A DNA stretch of 64,000 nucleotides from the IMG/VR virus record IMGVR_UViG_3300021791_000001, positions 715 to 64,714 of that record. One strand, 5' to 3'. Made by a program: the position numbers and the translations under genes. This document shows positions 1-10,500 of the stretch, piece after piece; the first letter of the stretch is position 1, and each line of letters begins with the position of its first letter. The notes under the pieces were generated by a model. It saw only the letters and a list, made by a program, of their open reading frames with translations. It searched no databases and was not told the DNA's origin. This DNA is from a virus (taxonomy: Duplodnaviria; Caudoviricetes).

Positions 1-34
1 GAAGTGGAATGGTTCTGCGTGGGTAAACAATACA

Positions 35-913
35 TTGGCTGAAGCTGGGATAACTAGTACTTCTCCTGCTGGGAATGCCGGGTCAATTCAATTTAGTGAT
101 GGTAGTGCTTTTGCTGCTGATAATGGACAATTACATTGGGACGCTACTAATAATAGATTAGGCATTGGTACAGCTAGTCCTGCCAAACCTTTACATATAT
201 CTCTGGGTTCATCTGGAGGATCAGCAAGGGCAACATCTTTTATAGTTCTTGAAGATGATACTACGGATGAAATCGGTATACAATTTCTTATGCCCGGAAC
301 TAGTGGTACACCTCAACAATCAATATTCTTTGGTGATGCTGCTGATGGGACAAGAGGAAGTATTATTTATGACCACATAGATGATATGATGCGGATTGGT
401 ACGGGTGGTGGCACTAGAGTGAAAATTGACAGCAATGGTTATATGGATTTCAAAACTATAGCTTGCTCTCTCCGTATAAGCTCAAATCAAAACGTAACTT
501 CTGGTGATGAAAACCATGTAGTTGCATGGGACACCACCATTGCAGATGATTATACAGATGCAACTTATACTAATGGAATGCACCATACCTCTGTTACTGG
601 CCCTTATTCTAATAATAAGAGAATTTACGCTCCAATTGCCGGGTGGTATTTAGTTGGAGCACAAGCTGGGTGGCAAGGAGATGAAGATGGCGTTAGGCGT
701 GTACAAATATTGCATAATGGTACTGTAACTTACATGGATAGATATACATTGAATTCTGCTAGTCCTTATGATGATCCTAGGCATATATGTACTGGTATAT
801 TGTATATGTCTGCTGGACAGTATATTGAAGTTGAGACATTACAAAATAGTGGGGTTACTAGATATTTAATTGCCAACAATGTCACACGGGTGTGGATGGC
901 GAAGATAGGTTAA
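35..913 (+). CDS. Tail fibre / receptor-binding protein with C-terminal C1q/TNF-like beta-sandwich
   Basis: N-terminal fibre motifs (GSIQFSDGSAF, NNRLGIGTASP, GSIIYDH..MRIGT); C-terminal ...APIAGWYLV...ILYMSAGQYIEV pattern typical of C1q-like head domains; lies in tail module. Start may lie upstream. Confidence 0.7.
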   Translation: MAEAGITSTSPAGNAGSIQFSDGSAFAADNGQLHWDATNNRLGIGTASPAKPLHISLGSSGGSARATSFIVLEDDTTDEIGIQFLMPGTSGTPQQSIFFGDAADGTRGSIIYDHIDDMMRIGTGGGTRVKIDSNGYMDFKTIACSLRISSNQNVTSGDENHVVAWDTTIADDYTDATYTNGMHHTSVTGPYSNNKRIYAPIAGWYLVGAQAGWQGDEDGVRRVQILHNGTVTYMDRYTLNSASPYDDPRHICTGILYMSAGQYIEVETLQNSGVTRYLIANNVTRVWMAKIG

Positions 914-914
914 T

Positions 915-1157
915 ATGAATACATTAGAAATAACTAATTTTACAGGTGCTCCGTGGATTTTACATGATTTATTAAATTCAGAAGTAACAGGATTTAATAA
1001 AGTGGGCGATAGAGACAACAATGGAAGGAGTTCATTCTTCGGTGCTGGGGATACTGGTGAAGATGCCCCGTATACCATATGGATTGAATATGCAGATGAT
1101 GTAGATGTAGCTGATATTCAATCAGTAGTAGATAATTATGAGACTCTAAAACCTTGA
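915..1157 (+). CDS. Hypothetical protein, possibly fibre-associated
   Basis: 80 aa, starts 1 nt after the fibre stop codon. Confidence 0.45.
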   Translation: MNTLEITNFTGAPWILHDLLNSEVTGFNKVGDRDNNGRSSFFGAGDTGEDAPYTIWIEYADDVDVADIQSVVDNYETLKP

Positions 1158-1219
1158 TACAAAACGTGTAAAGTATGGTATAATAGAGTATACCCCTTCG
1201 GGGAAAATAGGAGGATAGA

Positions 1220-1456
1220 ATGGCAGAGATAGACGTAACCAATGATTTGGCACAGGTTAATACACAGTTGGAGGACTATGTAGGACAATTAAATACATTA
1301 AATACTCAAAGGGAGCAATTAACACAACAAATACATAATCTAAATGGAATTGCAATGTATCTTAGGGGTAAACAAGAAGACTCTCCTACATCTCCTACAG
1401 AAGACTTTGGAGAAATGGTTGTAGAGGAGGCGTTCCCCCCACCAGAAGGAGAGTAA
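1220..1456 (+). CDS. Small coiled-coil hypothetical protein
   Basis: SD AGGAGG upstream; heptad-like Q/L/N-rich segment; acidic Pro-rich tail. Confidence 0.55.
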   Translation: MAEIDVTNDLAQVNTQLEDYVGQLNTLNTQREQLTQQIHNLNGIAMYLRGKQEDSPTSPTEDFGEMVVEEAFPPPEGE

Positions 1457-2575
1457 ATGCCCACAACTATTGGGTTAGAGTTTTCAAAAATATATAATTT
1501 TAATGGGAGCAGTACGTATACTGACGTTACTCTGGAGGCTCAGTCTCCAGCAGGGACTTCGTTTACTCTTTTTAATACTGCTGCCCATTATCTTTATCTA
1601 GGACATGATGAAAGATATGATATGGTTATCTTTGACTTAGATGTGGCCGGGGATTTGGGGGCTTTAACATGGGAATATTATAATGGCAGTGCTTGGACTG
1701 AGTTCATTCCCGGCTCTGGGCGTATTCAATTGGATGTTAATGATGATTTTGGTAAACAATATGCTTTTGATGAGGATGGGGCAGAGATGTTTCCCCATAA
1801 TATCCTCTTAAATTGGGCTACTACGGCTGTAAATAGTGTTACAAAGTACTGGGTAAGGGTTACACCAGCCAGTGTAGTCACTTCCCCTACTGTAAAACGT
1901 ATTCAAATGCGTCCATTAGCAGCATATGCATCTACTAAAGATGTATTTGAGCTACTACAGATGGGGCCAATACTGTCAGGAACAGACTTTACGGCCTCTA
2001 CAACGCCTTCTAAGTCTACTGTGGAGGCATTTATAGAGGAAGCACAGTCTTGGATTGACTTTAAGACTAGAAAATCGTGGAGGCCCAACTATGTGGCTAA
2101 CGAATACCATGAATTTAACCTAAATGGTATGCATTTAGACCATGCAGACCCGTATAAAATCTTAAAATTGGACATTTGGAATGGTGCTAGCTGGGATACT
2201 AAGCGACAAGGGAGAAAAGTAGACTATTTTATGGTACCAGACACTGGATTAATCCACTTTTCTAGGTATTTTCTACTTCCTGCTAGATTTCAATCATATA
2301 ATGCCCCTGTTTGGAGGTGGGGTGGTGGTGAATTCACCATGCCTGTAAAGGTTACCTACTTAAGTGGTAGGGATATTCATATGGATGTACGTGGTGGGGG
2401 CATTGTACACGATGCTGCTAAGAAGATTGCAGCTATTAACGTCCTACGGAGTGCTGATTTTGGTAATTTAGTAGTCACAGGGATGGATAGGGTGCAATTA
2501 GCCCAAAGAATTGAGGCATGGCAGATGGAAGTGGAGGATGCAATGGATAGTCTATGGTCGTGGGAGGTGTTCTAG
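1457..2575 (+). CDS. Head-tail adaptor/connector with extra N-terminal beta domain
   Basis: C-terminal half AYASTKDV...TPSKSTVEAFIEEAQSWIDFKTRKSWR resembles gp6/gp15-type connectors; position before tail terminator and tube. Confidence 0.6.
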   Translation: MPTTIGLEFSKIYNFNGSSTYTDVTLEAQSPAGTSFTLFNTAAHYLYLGHDERYDMVIFDLDVAGDLGALTWEYYNGSAWTEFIPGSGRIQLDVNDDFGKQYAFDEDGAEMFPHNILLNWATTAVNSVTKYWVRVTPASVVTSPTVKRIQMRPLAAYASTKDVFELLQMGPILSGTDFTASTTPSKSTVEAFIEEAQSWIDFKTRKSWRPNYVANEYHEFNLNGMHLDHADPYKILKLDIWNGASWDTKRQGRKVDYFMVPDTGLIHFSRYFLLPARFQSYNAPVWRWGGGEFTMPVKVTYLSGRDIHMDVRGGGIVHDAAKKIAAINVLRSADFGNLVVTGMDRVQLAQRIEAWQMEVEDAMDSLWSWEVF

Positions 2576-3009
2576 TGCCTGAACCGATACCTGTGACCCA
2601 TGCAATAACAGAATTAAATACTCAATGGAACTCTAGTAATGTAGCAGAGCCTACTTTTATTGAAATGATGGGGGCTACTGACCCTGCTAGATATAATTTG
2701 AATACAGCAGACCATATAATAGGTAGGCCCGGAAATCCAGCCCTTGTGGAAACTCCAATAGGTAACTGGAATTATGTGAGAAGACAGTATAATATAGAGT
2801 TAGAATTGCTAACACGGCAAAGTAGGCAGAGGTTATACGATATAATGGCGGAAATTAGAAGAATCTGCCATAGTAGGAGGCATAGTTTTACGAGCTTTCA
2901 AAGAATACAGTTCCTACAATTTACTGAAGCCGTAGGAGAAAATACAAATGTATGGACGGGGACCATAGATATCCAATTTGTTAATGAGGATATATTAGCA
3001 GAAACGTAA
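2575..3009 (+). CDS. Putative tail terminator/completion protein
   Basis: GTG at 2575 overlaps upstream TAG, SD GGAGG at 2563; size and position directly before tail tube. Confidence 0.5.
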   Translation: MPEPIPVTHAITELNTQWNSSNVAEPTFIEMMGATDPARYNLNTADHIIGRPGNPALVETPIGNWNYVRRQYNIELELLTRQSRQRLYDIMAEIRRICHSRRHSFTSFQRIQFLQFTEAVGENTNVWTGTIDIQFVNEDILAET

Positions 3010-3053
3010 CAAAATGAGTATAATAGTAATAGTACTCTACACTGGAGGAGAAT

Positions 3054-4856
3054 ATGCCAATCTATCGTTCTGACCAAGCACAATTAACCTTTGCAGCCGA
3101 AGCTGCTCCGGGGGGTTCCCCAGAGATGGCTATGGGTGCCCAACTAACTTCAAGTGCTGTTTTAATAGACGCCACTGATGGGATTCCTGCTGGAACTAGG
3201 TCTATACCTGTTGATGGTATGGTAAATACTTCAGAAATTCCTGCTGGAACCTTTGTAGCTATCGGGCCTACTATAGGTGGGGGTACTACCCTTACATATA
3301 ATTCTGAAATAGCTAAGGTAGCTTTTGTAGAAAGTACAACTAGTATAATACTAGAGACTCCTACGGCTTTTTTCCATCCAAATAATACAGACATTAAGAC
3401 CCTTTCTGACCAAACGACTCTTGTGGATAATGACCAAAGTAAATTAATTAAATATGTTCCGGGTGTATATGAAGCAATTGAAGTACCAGACCCTGAAATG
3501 GCAATTGAACCCAGATATTATCTAGGTACTGCTTCTAAGCGAAACTTCTTTGAAGCATATCCGGGTCAACAGACTTATACAGGTAGTTTGGGTAGCTTTG
3601 TATTATTGGATGGTAGACCTTTAAGGTTCCCTATTGGAAAAGTTGTTACAGTTCCCTATGCAGCTAATGATACTACCCAAGCAGTAACTGCTGGGTCAGC
3701 CCAATTAAACGGTGCAGTAAAAAAGGGTGATATGTACGTTTTATTAGATGCTGGTCATGGTGTAGATAGTGGTAATGATAGGTTTTTTGTTATTTATAGT
3801 TCGGATACAAGTACTACTAATGCTGCTGCTTTAGCAACAGCGGAGGTATGTGAAGCAGTCTCTATAATTAATAGTAATTATGTACGGCTTAGTAGTCCTT
3901 TGTTGTATGACCATGCAAATGATGACAATATTAGAAGAGTAGAAACGGCTGCTGGCTCTACCCAATTAAATCATTATAGACATACTATTAATGAAGCAGT
4001 AGATTTAGATTCTATATCGTGGCATGTTCATGTAAGAGATAGCTCTGAAACAGATGCCAATGATTTTGACCGTAGATATTATGGTGGTAAAGTTGGTAGT
4101 ATGGGATTATCGGCGGAAGAAGGGGGGTTATTAACAGCCTCTTGGGATGGTATCAACTTCTTAGGCATGAAGCATAATCAAAAGTTAAGTGGTAATCATG
4201 CTGCTTCTCCAGCCAACATTACTGTACCATTCTTTACCCCAATGCAACCTATTAGAAGTGATAATATTGTTCAAGCTGGTCAAGTGGATTTACACGACAC
4301 TGTTGACCCATCTCATCAACAACCGTATTACTTCTCTCAAGGTCAAGTTAAATTGTTTGGCACAGTTATAGCTAGAATAAGAAGCTTTAGCTTATCTGTA
4401 TCCAATAATGAAGAACCTAGGTATTACCTAAAGAGGACAATGGGGCATCACAGGGGGCCATCAGAAATTATGGAACAACGTAGAGAATACTCTCTTGCTG
4501 TTTCCCTAGCCTTACCTGATGCTGCTGCTTCGGCAACTTCAAATGCTGCCACAGTTTTTAAAGAACTGCTGCTGGAAGGTGACTTTGGTACTGGTATGCA
4601 GGGATTTAACGTAGAACTGAGATTTGATAGAAACCAAAATAACCAAGTAAACGATAGCATGATCATTAGAATACCAAATGATTATGATGGTAGTGGTGAT
4701 AACACAGGTGCTGCTATTGGCGGTAACCAGCAAGGAGCTTTCATTAGAAGTGCTCCCCATAATATCACAGATGCTAACCCAATGGAAGTGGAAGCCGACA
4801 TTTTGTTTAGAAATCTAACTATTGAAGTTAGAGATAATATAGCTATATATCCATAA
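3054..4856 (+). CDS. Major tail tube protein with inserted accessory domains
   Basis: 600 aa; MPIYRSDQAQLTFAAE start; tube-like segments (YTGSLGSFVL..., RIRSFSLSVSNN...REYSL); followed by chaperone and tape measure. Confidence 0.7.
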   Translation: MPIYRSDQAQLTFAAEAAPGGSPEMAMGAQLTSSAVLIDATDGIPAGTRSIPVDGMVNTSEIPAGTFVAIGPTIGGGTTLTYNSEIAKVAFVESTTSIILETPTAFFHPNNTDIKTLSDQTTLVDNDQSKLIKYVPGVYEAIEVPDPEMAIEPRYYLGTASKRNFFEAYPGQQTYTGSLGSFVLLDGRPLRFPIGKVVTVPYAANDTTQAVTAGSAQLNGAVKKGDMYVLLDAGHGVDSGNDRFFVIYSSDTSTTNAAALATAEVCEAVSIINSNYVRLSSPLLYDHANDDNIRRVETAAGSTQLNHYRHTINEAVDLDSISWHVHVRDSSETDANDFDRRYYGGKVGSMGLSAEEGGLLTASWDGINFLGMKHNQKLSGNHAASPANITVPFFTPMQPIRSDNIVQAGQVDLHDTVDPSHQQPYYFSQGQVKLFGTVIARIRSFSLSVSNNEEPRYYLKRTMGHHRGPSEIMEQRREYSLAVSLALPDAAASATSNAATVFKELLLEGDFGTGMQGFNVELRFDRNQNNQVNDSMIIRIPNDYDGSGDNTGAAIGGNQQGAFIRSAPHNITDANPMEVEADILFRNLTIEVRDNIAIYP

Positions 4857-4865
4857 GGAGGGAAT

Positions 4866-5249
4866 ATGCCAGCTAAAGGTACAGAAGAAGTTCAGTTTGA
4901 TTACAGAAAATACACACTTAGTTCAGAACCGGAAAAAAGAACGGTAGTTGTAGAAGAAACTGGGGATTATTTTGAGGTTACAGTTCGACCCTTATCTTGG
5001 GCTAAACGTAACCAATTAATTTCTGGCTCCTTAACATGGGGGGCTAATGGTGAAACTGGATTTAATGCAGATAATTATGTAAGAAGTTGTTTAAAAGAAA
5101 TGGTTATAGATGCTCCTTGGGGTAGAACCACAGAGGCGTTTCTATTATCTATTGATGAACGATTAGGTGCAGCCCTAGAAGCATTAGTTCCTAAAGCTTT
5201 TGGGGAAACAGAAGATACTGTAGATGTGGACGATGTAAAAAAAAGGTAA
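4866..5249 (+). CDS. Tail assembly chaperone (lambda gpG-like)
   Basis: Between tube and tape measure; ends GTA AAA AAA AGG TAA, a slippery site. Confidence 0.75.
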   Translation: MPAKGTEEVQFDYRKYTLSSEPEKRTVVVEETGDYFEVTVRPLSWAKRNQLISGSLTWGANGETGFNADNYVRSCLKEMVIDAPWGRTTEAFLLSIDERLGAALEALVPKAFGETEDTVDVDDVKKR

Positions 5250-5479
5250 CGGCTTTACTATCGGGGGTAGGAGGTAACCTCGCCAATGGTGAAGCCTTAG
5301 TTTATTATCATTGGGTCATGATGTATCAATTATTGGAACTTGGAATTTCGTGGGACGCAATCCATGAGATGACTGAAAATCAAATAAATACACTATTAGG
5401 TGTAGTAGCAGCTATGAAGCAGAAGGAGCAGGAACACGAAGCCCGTTCTCAGGCATCTCAGATGAGAGGAATGGTTTAA
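5243..5479 (+). CDS. -1 frameshift extension of tail chaperone (gpGT-like); absent from the ORF track
   Basis: -1 frame is open for 78 codons from the A8 run (5237-5244): KVTALLSGVGG...YYHWVMMYQLLELGISWDAIHEMTENQINTLLGV...MRGMV*, ending 4 nt before the tape measure ATG. Confidence 0.75.
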   Translation, partial: KVTALLSGVGGNLANGEALVYYHWVMMYQLLELGISWDAIHEMTENQINTLLGVVAAMKQKEQEHEARSQASQMRGMV

Positions 5480-5483
5480 GCTT

Positions 5484-7034
5484 ATGACTATGAATCCCGG
5501 CGATGTCGCTAGATATGAAGTTAACTTTACTGCCGATATGGGGGCTACTGCCCCTATGGGAGGACAACAACCTGCTCCCCCCCAATCTGGTGGTGGTGGT
5601 GGGGGTATTCCTGCCAACAATAAAAAGTTTCAAGATCATTTAAAAAGTATCTCAGGTAATACCAAGAGAAGTCTAGGAGCTACCCTAGGTATTAAACTTG
5701 GTACTGCCTCTATCCTCAAACAATCACAGGTCTTCACTGGATATATAGGTACCATCTTCCAATTATTGGGAGCAATGGTTGACGTTATCCTAGCTCCGTT
5801 CCTCCCCATATTAATCCCTGCCATTAGAAAGATGGCAGAATTGATTCCGTATATTCGGATATATGCCCAGAATATTTTCGATTTCCTAGATAGAACATTA
5901 TTTGAATTTATACGTAATGCTATTGATTGGTTGCCTACTGGGTTTAAGGATAAGCTAATCCCTGCTTTAGCTATGCTCTTGACAGGTGCATTTTTCCTAA
6001 AGATGACCGGATTATGGGGACCGTTCTTTAAATTATTTGGTGCCATTATGCGTCCCTTGTGGACAGCACTTAGTCCTGTATTGAAAGCTGTAGGTGGCTT
6101 TGCATGGAAGGGTTTGTCTTCCCTTGTCACTGGATTTTTTAAACTACTGGGGACTGCAATAAAAGGTGTTCTTAATAATGCTTGGAAAAGTATTGTTCAA
6201 CCCTGTTTGAAAGGAATAGTAAAAGGATTTGAAAGTAGGCTTAAATTCCTAACAGCCTTCTTTAAATCTCTATTTAATATTACAGTAAAACCTATTTTAG
6301 AGTGGACAAAAACTTTTGTTGCTAAGTTTATTAAAGCATTTATGGCTGCTCTTTGGGCACCCTTTAGAAACTTATGGGGAAGGCTGCTAGCCAGATTAGC
6401 TCCTTTGTTTAGATTCTTTCAAGCCCCATTTGCGAAAATGAGTGCTTGGCTTGTAAGAGTATTCCCAAATCTTACAGATAATTTCCTTACTAGGTTTTTT
6501 AGTAAGCTGGCTGCTTCCCCTGTAGTAAAGGGGGCTATGGCCTTCTTTAGTAAAAAGGGTATATTAGGCATGGCTAAAGCTGGTGCTTCTGCGATTGCAA
6601 AGGTGGCTGGAAGTAGGGCTGGTAAACTAGCTGTGAAGGGTGCTTCCATGGCTAGGGCAGCACCTGTAATAGGTTCTATTTTTGAACTTGGTTATGGTGG
6701 ATATAAAGCATATGACGATTATAAGAAGTATGGAGCTAAAGCTGCTGGAGCTAGGCTTGCAATGACGGGTGCTTTAACTACTGCTGGTTTCTTTGACCCC
6801 ACTGGGATAGCATCTGCTGGGGCATCCATAGCTGGACATATGGCTATGGACTATGGGTATAGAAAGAAATTGGATTACAGACAAGATTATCTTGCAGGTA
6901 GGGTGGGCCAAGAAATAGACGGTAAAATAGTTGTGCAAGTTGCCGATAAAAGTTTTGAATTACACCATAGGGATGAAATAACTGCCGAAGTTCAACAACA
7001 AAATGGGGGCACCGATAAAGCATATGTGGAATAG
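5484..7034 (+). CDS. Tape measure protein (short, 516 aa)
   Basis: Position after chaperones; long amphipathic Ala/Leu/Phe/Lys/Gly helical repeats. Confidence 0.7.
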   Translation: MTMNPGDVARYEVNFTADMGATAPMGGQQPAPPQSGGGGGGIPANNKKFQDHLKSISGNTKRSLGATLGIKLGTASILKQSQVFTGYIGTIFQLLGAMVDVILAPFLPILIPAIRKMAELIPYIRIYAQNIFDFLDRTLFEFIRNAIDWLPTGFKDKLIPALAMLLTGAFFLKMTGLWGPFFKLFGAIMRPLWTALSPVLKAVGGFAWKGLSSLVTGFFKLLGTAIKGVLNNAWKSIVQPCLKGIVKGFESRLKFLTAFFKSLFNITVKPILEWTKTFVAKFIKAFMAALWAPFRNLWGRLLARLAPLFRFFQAPFAKMSAWLVRVFPNLTDNFLTRFFSKLAASPVVKGAMAFFSKKGILGMAKAGASAIAKVAGSRAGKLAVKGASMARAAPVIGSIFELGYGGYKAYDDYKKYGAKAAGARLAMTGALTTAGFFDPTGIASAGASIAGHMAMDYGYRKKLDYRQDYLAGRVGQEIDGKIVVQVADKSFELHHRDEITAEVQQQNGGTDKAYVE

Positions 7035-7043
7035 GAGTACAAT

Positions 7044-7589
7044 ATGGCTGAACCGTTAGTATCAATACTGTTAAGAAATGGGCCACACGATGGAACCGCT
7101 ACTAATAATACAACTAGACAGCGGTATGCTTTATTGTGCGACAACATGTCCATACAAATAGCTAAGACTCCTATTCAAATTCCGATTCCACAGAATTCCC
7201 CGGAATTAGTAGACCTTGGAATTTTTAGGCCATCACTATCTATTAATGGAATAGTCCCTACCACAGGGGGTAACTCCCTTGTAACCACTACTGGTTATGA
7301 AGGTATGGAATACTTTACTTATTCTAGGGGAGGTAACTCCGTTTATTATTACTTCCCATATAAAAATAAATTGGAGGAAGTGGCATATAAATGGATGGCT
7401 ACTAATTCTTCAGAATTAGAGATAGAAGTAGGTGATGCTGCTACTCCCACTGGGTCAAACCACACTGGTGGGGGTGTATATAAGGTATCTATTCAACAAG
7501 CAAGATTTCAAGTAGATGCATCTAAAGAAGATAGGTGGACATTTGCAATGCAGTTTGTTTGTAAATCTAGAGGAGATGTGCAGTTCTAA
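7044..7589 (+). CDS. Distal tail (Dit-like) protein
   Basis: Directly after tape measure; beta-rich pattern (PSLSINGIV...RWTFAMQFV). Confidence 0.5.
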   Translation: MAEPLVSILLRNGPHDGTATNNTTRQRYALLCDNMSIQIAKTPIQIPIPQNSPELVDLGIFRPSLSINGIVPTTGGNSLVTTTGYEGMEYFTYSRGGNSVYYYFPYKNKLEEVAYKWMATNSSELEIEVGDAATPTGSNHTGGGVYKVSIQQARFQVDASKEDRWTFAMQFVCKSRGDVQF

Positions 7590-10500
7590 TGCCTTTACCT
7601 AAGACAAGATTAGATTATTTACATACAAATGACCGATGGGTACAAGCCGTCACTCCAGACGGTAATGATGCCGTTATTCTACTTAATGTAGAAGATAATA
7701 TTAATTCTTCTAATAAGGCAGAGATTATTGTAGCCAATAGGTCTACTAATCCTGAGTCCAGTACTGACACAGCTAAGGGGAATCTAGTTGATGTTTTTAG
7801 AGATTTTCAGAGAATCCGTTTAGTTGACCAAGAAACTGGGATTATTATTTTCCATGGTAGAATACATCGTATCAGAAATAAGTATGATTTTCAATACGGG
7901 CAAACTATACATTTATATGCTTACAGTTCTTTTAGGGAATTGGCTCAATATCCTTTAGAAGACCCCGGAGAGATTCTAGACTCCCTTGATACTACTAATC
8001 AAACATATTCTAGAAATAGTGTAACATATGATTTACGGAAACGTAGCGAAGTCATTAAATTAATGTTGGCTGAATTAGATTTAAATGATAATATTAGTAT
8101 AGGTGATGCTAACCATTTTGAACCATCGTGGGCTACAGATAGTTTAGGGGATAAAAAATTAAACTTATCTAAAATTGAACGGAAGGTTTTAAACATTGCC
8201 CAAGATTTGGCTTATGAAGACCCCCTAAAGAATGAGAGTGGGGTACATGTTGGTGAGAGTGGTTATGATTTACGGGCTGAACCATACTTTACTTCATGTG
8301 CTGCCGACCATATTCCTGTTGATATGCTTAATTATTATCACAGGGGTACAAGACCGGGTATAGGTGGAGCTTATGGTAATGCAGCTACTCCTCAATTAAC
8401 AGATACCTCTACAGACAGCTTAACTATTGAGTATCCGAATTCTTCTTGGAATGGTGAAACAGGAGTAAAACGGGCCATGCTATCAGATTTTGAATTTGAT
8501 AGACCCAGCATTGATATATATACTTCAGTAATATTAAAATATGAAGACCAATCTAGGGAAGATGCCGACTCAGAGTTGCAAGGAGTTTCAAGTAAAAGAG
8601 GTATAGTCACATTTGAATTATTAAAGGGCACTTCATCTGGGTCTTTTACATGGTCTAATAAAGCTTTAGATGCTAGTAAAAATACTACTAATATACCTGA
8701 ATTAATAAATGTTTCTGGTGGGGCTAGTGGGGTAGCTAGAGCACAATGGAATGGGGCTGACCATTTACTAGTCTCTGATATAACAAGTTCATTTCCTGTT
8801 ACAGGTAATATAACTTTAGTGGGAGCTAGTAGTGGGGCTACCTTTACAATGAATGCTGCTGAAGGTAGGAATTCAACTAAATATGGGGTTAAGCGTCCCA
8901 AGTCGCTGTCTAGAAATATTAGCAGGAATCTAAATACTATTAGAAAAGAAGTGGTTAGTAGATTAATTGGTAAAACTGATTTAGTAATTGTTAAAGGTAA
9001 ATACCAAACTGTTCGTTATCCTTATGTATATTACGATTTGCCCAGTAATGCAAGTAGGTCAACTAATACTGTATCATGGTCAGGTACTGTAGATGCCCAA
9101 GAAAGGGGTATTAGAAAAGCCATGATTATAGTAGAAGTAGATTCTCAAGGTAGTATACAAAGATATGCTTATTTAAGTAATGTCAATAGTTCTACTAGTG
9201 TTACCTATGGAACTGGGGCAACAGATACTAGTGATGGGACTGCTCTAAATTCTTCTAATACGTTACGTCTAATAGTACCTATTCGTTCCGGGGATGTAGT
9301 TAAAGTTACAAATGCTATGGCTGGGGTAAACACTAACCAATTAATTATGACTTTAACCTATGATGAAGCCCCCGGAAATTGTCGGGCTGGGTATACATCA
9401 ATTGGTTCTAATGGAAAGTTTAATAATATATTTGATACACCTGAAGCAGTAGCTGCGGAATTAGAGTTAGCTAAAGAAAAGAATTTTTCTTCTTTAGTTC
9501 CCAATAGTGAACGGGCATTCTACTTCTCTGGCTTTGTGAACCGTGGGTCTAACCCACAGTCTTCTAATGATTATCGTCAGATACATTGGTCTAATGCTGC
9601 TGGAAATACTTCAGGTACGGCTGGTGTTATCACAGTAAGTAATGGAGAGAAGTATAATCTTGCTTGTGGTAATTCCCCACTTTTAACCACAGCAGAGCAT
9701 ACTATTTTCTTTAGACCAACTAAAGCTATCGCCGACTCAAATAAATCTGATACTACTTTACAAGTAATTTTAACTACTTCTTATAAAGCCGACCCAGAAG
9801 ATATTGTATTTGGTTGGTGTAAAGCTTCCGTTAATAAACGTGGGGCAAAAGCTATTTTAATATTACTTCCCCAGATTCAGAGTCAAGATTTGTTTGCTAC
9901 TGGTATGCCCGGAGGTGTGGGAGAAGTTTTTCTGGCGAAAAGTTCTCAAAAGTATGATTCTACTATAGATATTAAGCCAGCGACTGATGTAGAAACTAAT
10001 ACTAATGCCTATCATCATTTACAGTGGGCAGCATCTACTCTGAAATTTGCCGATGGGGATAGTTGGAATATAGCTGCTGGTGGGTGGTCAAGTGGGAATA
10101 CGGGGAGTTATTCCTATACTGCTAATGGAAGTGCTTTCTCAACAAATAGTAATTTGTCAGCTTCCTTTGCATCAGGTGAAGATAGAACTTTATATGCTTT
10201 TGTAGATACAAACGATACAGCAGCAGGGGGTACTCTAACATTAAGATGGACAGAAGATTGGGATCACATCTCTACTGATAGTTCTGGGTCGTTAAAGACC
10301 ACTAGAATTATTCTAGCAATGGTGCATGTTCCAGAGGCATCTACTGATGGTCAGAGGGCACCTAGAGTTATACCCATGAACAATAGGTCATTGGTATTAA
10401 ATGCTGCTTTCATAGTGGCAGGGTCTATTACTGCTCAACATATTAAGTCTACAGTTATTGATGCAACCCATATAAGGATAACTGGTACTAATGGTATTGG

